Source: Bacilli bacterium
GTDB lineage: Bacteria; Bacillota_I; Bacilli_A; RF39; UBA660
NCBI GenBank assembly: GCA_016283935.1
Contig: JAEENX010000013.1
Location: forward strand, 97,759-161,758
Length of the DNA: 64,000 bases
Direction of reading: 5' to 3'
In this document: positions 59,318-64,000 of the stretch, piece by piece
Layout: each line of letters starts with the position of its first letter
Numbering within the stretch: position 1 is the stretch's first letter
Program-made: the position numbers and the translations under genes
The notes under the pieces: generated by a model
The model's database searches: none
Seen by the model: only the letters and a program-made list of their open reading frames with translations
What the model was told of the DNA's origin: nothing

Positions 59318-59881
59318 ATGCCAACAACATTAATAAACTCAATATATATAATAGTATCAATTTTATCTATATTCTTATATATAATGTCAGTTCAATTTAA
59401 AGATAAAAAGAATATATTAATTACTCAAATATTTGCATCTATATGTTATTTAATTATATATATTATAAAAGGTGCATGGGCAGGAGTAAGTATAGAAGTA
59501 TTAGAAGAATCAAAAGATGTTATTTTTATAGAATATGAAAAAAGAAATAAAAAAATACCATTTATAATATTAACTTTATTTATAATTTTATTATTTGTTT
59601 TTACATTTATATTCTATGATGGACCTGGATCATTATTACCATTGATTATAAATATTATTTTATTTGTATCTACATATTTCAAAAATCCAAAATGGATTAG
59701 ATATGTCATGGTATTATGTGGATTCTTATGGGGATGCTATAATATATATGTAGGTGCACATATTATATTAATTGGAAATGTATTAGAAATAGTATCTGCA
59801 ATTATATCTATTGCAAGATTTAAAGAAGTAGATAATAAACCAGTTAAAAAGAGAAGAAAGAAGAAAACAGCTAAAAAATAG
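59318..59881 (+). CDS. Hypothetical membrane protein
   Basis: Multi-TM ORF with basic C-terminal tail (KKRRKKKTAKK). Confidence 0.35.
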   Translation: MPTTLINSIYIIVSILSIFLYIMSVQFKDKKNILITQIFASICYLIIYIIKGAWAGVSIEVLEESKDVIFIEYEKRNKKIPFIILTLFIILLFVFTFIFYDGPGSLLPLIINIILFVSTYFKNPKWIRYVMVLCGFLWGCYNIYVGAHIILIGNVLEIVSAIISIARFKEVDNKPVKKRRKKKTAKK

Positions 59882-59971
59882 CTGTTTTTTTACATAATAT
59901 CACGTAAATGATTGAATAATTTTAATACTCAATATTATATAAGTGATAAAATAAAAATGAGGTAATATGGT

Positions 59972-60568
59972 ATGAAAAAGAAAATAGCATTAATTTTAAA
60001 TTATTTGTTAATCATCTTTGAAGTATTAGGTTTTATAATTGCATATAAAACTGGTGAAGAATTAACACCAGCATTATATACAGTAGATAGTAACTTAATA
60101 TGTTTACTTGCATCAATTATGTATGTTATTTATTACTACCGTGGAAAAGCATCAAATAAAATAATTAATATATTTAGATTTACAACAACACTTAATTTAT
60201 CATTAACATTCTTTGTTACATTATTTATCTTATCAAATGAATTTGGATTATATGAAATGATGATAAAAAATGAATTTATATTTTTCCATACATTATGTCC
60301 TATAATATCATTTGTAAGTTATTTATTCTTTGAAAAATATAGAACTACTAAAAATGATATTATGTTTAAAGGTACAATATTTACTATATTATATTCAGTT
60401 GTTGTTTATTCATTAAACATTTTAAAAGTTTTAAATGGTCCATATACATTCTTAAAAGTATATGAACAACCTATAGCGCAAACTATTATAACATTCATAG
60501 GTATTAGTATTTCACTAGCACTATTAACATTTACATTATTTGAAGCAAAAAAGAAGATAAAGATATAA
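59972..60568 (+). CDS. Hypothetical membrane protein
   Basis: Multi-TM ORF. Confidence 0.35.
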   Translation: MKKKIALILNYLLIIFEVLGFIIAYKTGEELTPALYTVDSNLICLLASIMYVIYYYRGKASNKIINIFRFTTTLNLSLTFFVTLFILSNEFGLYEMMIKNEFIFFHTLCPIISFVSYLFFEKYRTTKNDIMFKGTIFTILYSVVVYSLNILKVLNGPYTFLKVYEQPIAQTIITFIGISISLALLTFTLFEAKKKIKI

Positions 60569-60642
60569 CTTTACAAGTTATATTTTTTTATGTGTTGATA
60601 TACGAACTAGTGTTTGGTATACTAAACATATGGAGGTATAAA

Positions 60643-62139
60643 ATGAAAACATATATGTGTATTGATTTAAAAAGTTTTTATGCCTCAGTAGAATGTGTTG
60701 AAAGAGGATTGAATCCATTAGATACTAATTTAGTTGTTGCTGATTCATCAAGAACTGAAAAAACTATTTGTTTAGCAGTAACTCCTAGTTTAAAACAATA
60801 TGGACTTTCAGGTAGATCAAGATTGTATGAAGTTGTTCAAAAAGTTAAAGAAATTAACAAAGACAGATTAAAAATATGTAAAAGATTCAATGGCAAATCA
60901 TATTCAGATGCTATTTTAAAAAGTGATAATAGTAAAGAATTAGATTATATAATAGCAACACCTCGTATGAGATTATATATGAAATATTCGACAGATATAT
61001 ACAATATATATTTAAAATATATTTCAAGAGATGATATATATGTATATTCTATTGATGAAGTATTTATAGATGTAACACATTATCTAGACTATTATAAAAT
61101 GAGTGCTAGAGAACTAGTTACAAAAATGATTAAAGATGTATACGAAACAACAGGTATTACAGCAACAGCAGGAATTGGAACAAATATGTATTTAGCTAAG
61201 GTTGCAATGGATATAGTTGCTAAACACGCAGATGCTAATGAATTTGGTGTAAGATTAGCAGAACTAGATGAACAATCATATAGAAATATTTTGTGGACTC
61301 ATAAACCTATAACTGATTTCTGGAGAGTTGGAAGAGGTTATGCGAAGCGATTAGAAGAACACAATATGTATACTATGGGAGATATTGCAGAATGTTCTCA
61401 TTATAATGAGGATCTTTTATATAAATTATTTGGAATAAATGCAGAAACATTAATAGACCATGCATGGGGATATGATGATACTAACTTAGATGATATAAAA
61501 AAATACAAACCTTCATTCAATAGTATTTCATCAGGTCAAGTTCTTCATAGACCATACAATTATAAAGAAACAAAATTAATAATAAGAGAAATGGCAGATT
61601 TATTATCACTTGATTTAGTTGATAAATGTTTAGTAACTGATCAAATTGTATTAGATATAGGATACGATGTTATTAATTTAACAGATCCTAAAATTAAAAG
61701 AATATATGATGGAGAAATTACAACAGATGTATATGGAAGACCAATTCCTAAACATGCACATGGAACTATTAACATAGACCATAAAACAAGTAGTACGAAA
61801 ATATTAACGGATAAGATATTAGAGTTATATGATCGTATTATAGATTTTAGATTATATGTTAGAAGAATAAACATATGTGCTAATAAGGTAGTAAATGAAG
61901 AGTTGACCAAAGATGATGAACCAAAAGTTCAACAATTTGATTTATTCACAGATTACGAATCTTTAAATAAAAAGATCAAAGAAGAACGAAAAAAAGAAAT
62001 TAAAGAAAGAGAATTACAACATGCTTTACTAGATATTAAAAAGAAATATGGTAAGAATGCTATATTAAAAGGCATGAATCTAGAAGAAGCTGCTACAACA
62101 ATACAAAGAAATGAAGGAGTAGGAGGCCATAAAGGATGA
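60643..62139 (+). CDS. Y-family (UmuC/DinB-like) error-prone DNA polymerase
   Basis: N-terminus MKTYMCIDLKSFYASVE (UmuC/DinB signature) after GGAGGT RBS. Palm, fingers and little-finger size. Confidence 0.8.
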   Translation: MKTYMCIDLKSFYASVECVERGLNPLDTNLVVADSSRTEKTICLAVTPSLKQYGLSGRSRLYEVVQKVKEINKDRLKICKRFNGKSYSDAILKSDNSKELDYIIATPRMRLYMKYSTDIYNIYLKYISRDDIYVYSIDEVFIDVTHYLDYYKMSARELVTKMIKDVYETTGITATAGIGTNMYLAKVAMDIVAKHADANEFGVRLAELDEQSYRNILWTHKPITDFWRVGRGYAKRLEEHNMYTMGDIAECSHYNEDLLYKLFGINAETLIDHAWGYDDTNLDDIKKYKPSFNSISSGQVLHRPYNYKETKLIIREMADLLSLDLVDKCLVTDQIVLDIGYDVINLTDPKIKRIYDGEITTDVYGRPIPKHAHGTINIDHKTSSTKILTDKILELYDRIIDFRLYVRRINICANKVVNEELTKDDEPKVQQFDLFTDYESLNKKIKEERKKEIKERELQHALLDIKKKYGKNAILKGMNLEEAATTIQRNEGVGGHKG

Positions 62140-62567
62140 ATGCACAACTTAAATACTCAGATATTATTAACTTGCCACATCATGTTTCCTCTAAACATCC
62201 TCATTTATCTAGAGAACAAAAAGCAGCACAATTCGCTCCATTTGCAGCATTAACAGGATTTGAAGATGATATATCTGAAACAGCAAGATTAACAGATAAA
62301 AGAATTGAAATAGATGATGGACTAAAAGAAATAATTTCTAATAAGTTAAATCTGATAAAATTAAATATAAAAAATAAACCTATTGTAATAATAACTTACT
62401 TTATTAATGATTTAAAAAAATCAGGTGGTAAATATATTGATATAGAAGGAATGGTTAAAAAAATAAATTTATTTGATAATTATTTATTATTAAATGATAA
62501 TACTAAAGTCCCAATCAAGGATATAATTGACATAAAATCAGAGATATTTAAGGATATAAATTATTAA
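62136..62567 (+). CDS. YolD-like protein (UmuD-functional analogue partner of the Y-family polymerase)
   Basis: 143-aa ORF overlapping the polymerase stop (ATGA). Typical polymerase-YolD gene pair as in Bacillus uvrX-yolD / yqjW-yqzH. Confidence 0.55.
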   Translation: MNAQLKYSDIINLPHHVSSKHPHLSREQKAAQFAPFAALTGFEDDISETARLTDKRIEIDDGLKEIISNKLNLIKLNIKNKPIVIITYFINDLKKSGGKYIDIEGMVKKINLFDNYLLLNDNTKVPIKDIIDIKSEIFKDINY

Positions 62568-62618
62568 TTGCTTTAAAATTAATTGAAAAAATGGTATATT
62601 ATTAATAGGGTGGATAAT

Positions 62619-63455
62619 ATGAATCTAAAAGTTGTATTAAAAGATTATATAGATTTTTTAGAGTCAAGAGGAGTACATTTTCCTTCTAAATATAATTATA
62701 GAATGAATGAAGAAATGTACGAAAGAATGAAATTGATTCTAGATGATGTAGATTATGACTTTATTATGGATATAATAGATGATTATTATAAAGATTTAAA
62801 AAATAAAATAAAAGCAACATCTACAGAAAAGGTATGTATAAAATTTGCTAATAGAATTGTAGTAGGTACAATTGAAAAAATTAATTATACAGGCGACAAA
62901 GAAATTGAATCTATTGATTTTAGAGATAAGAAAAATGAATTAGTAAATATTAAATTTGATTTAATTTATAGTGTTGAAAAACCTAGAACTGCTAGAGAAG
63001 TAAAAAAAGCTAAAGAAGTAGTAGAATCTCCAACAATTGAACTTCCAATTAAAGCTATTAAGAATAAAACTAAATATGAAGAATTAATTGAACCAGATTT
63101 AATGTCTACAAGACAAATTAAAATAATAGATAGACCTGAATATATTGGTGATGACAAACCTTCATTAAGTGAAATTATATTTAGTAAAGGTACATTAATT
63201 GCTATTATTTGTATTGGACTTGCAGCAGGAGCAATCATGACTATTAATCATAGTATTGCTGTAACTACTAATAAGAATAAAGAAGAAGTTGTTTGTATTG
63301 ATGGGTATACTAATATAAATGGTGAATGTATTAAAACAAATACAGTAACTAACGAAGAACAAAAAACTACTGTAGCTACAACAACAACTACAACAAAAGC
63401 AGTTGTTAATAACTCATTAGTTGAAGTTATAAATTCATTTAAAAAAGAAGATTAA
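62619..63455 (+). CDS. Thr-rich membrane-anchored protein with a C-x-DGY-x-N-x-x-C module. Paralog class of the 39993..40667 gene.
   Basis: C-terminal TM helix, then VVCIDGYTNINGECIKT, then a Thr-rich tail. ATG at 62619 after GGGTGG RBS. Confidence 0.4.
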   Translation: MNLKVVLKDYIDFLESRGVHFPSKYNYRMNEEMYERMKLILDDVDYDFIMDIIDDYYKDLKNKIKATSTEKVCIKFANRIVVGTIEKINYTGDKEIESIDFRDKKNELVNIKFDLIYSVEKPRTAREVKKAKEVVESPTIELPIKAIKNKTKYEELIEPDLMSTRQIKIIDRPEYIGDDKPSLSEIIFSKGTLIAIICIGLAAGAIMTINHSIAVTTNKNKEEVVCIDGYTNINGECIKTNTVTNEEQKTTVATTTTTTKAVVNNSLVEVINSFKKED

Positions 63456-63506
63456 TATCTTCTTTTTTTATATATATTTTTATATATATTTGCTATAATG
63501 TTTTAA

Positions 63507-64000
<494 letters not shown>

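Overview
This is a very AT-rich (about 27-30% GC) chromosomal segment spanning the replication origin of a low-GC Firmicutes/Mollicutes-like bacterium. The 77-nt SRP RNA, the lipoprotein-type YidC and the Thr-rich surface proteins suggest an Erysipelotrichia/Mollicutes-related lineage. On the minus strand, left to right in window coordinates: ricT/yaaT-like (partial), holB, recR, ybaB, dnaX, tadA, a minimal SRP RNA (ffs), gyrA, gyrB, recF, a ComK-like gene, dnaN, dnaA. oriC-like DnaA-box clusters flank dnaA. On the plus strand: rpmH, rnpA, yidC, jag, mnmE, a beta-lactamase-fold hydrolase, mnmG, rsmG, membrane proteins, an Lgt-like gene, an orphan parB, rpoE (delta), prfA, prmC, a Mur-ligase-family gene, murA, rpmE, rpiB, recG and others. 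The right half is more accessory. It carries a DUF3883 nuclease-domain gene paired with a hypothetical, Thr-rich surface proteins that share a Cys motif, gpmI, a TetR/MMPL/YhgE-Pip module, an operon of hypotheticals with a polysaccharide deacetylase, an ABC-2 exporter, dxs, a pgsA-like gene, a SWIM protein, a Y-family polymerase with a YolD-like partner, and the start of pyrB. I find no rRNA, tRNA, CRISPR array or transposase. The most unusual non-coding signals are: (i) an array of perfect 18-bp palindromes (ATGTTTCACGTGAAACAT) embedded in roughly 130-bp tandem units between gyrA and ffs; (ii) two promoter-plus-terminator-delimited C-rich sRNA candidates of about 100 nt on the minus strand at about 32.8 kb and 37.8 kb; (iii) a shared AATAGGGA..TCAATAA motif that links the repeat array to one of these sRNA promoters. 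All calls rest on reading the sequence by eye and recalling motifs; I ran no searches.
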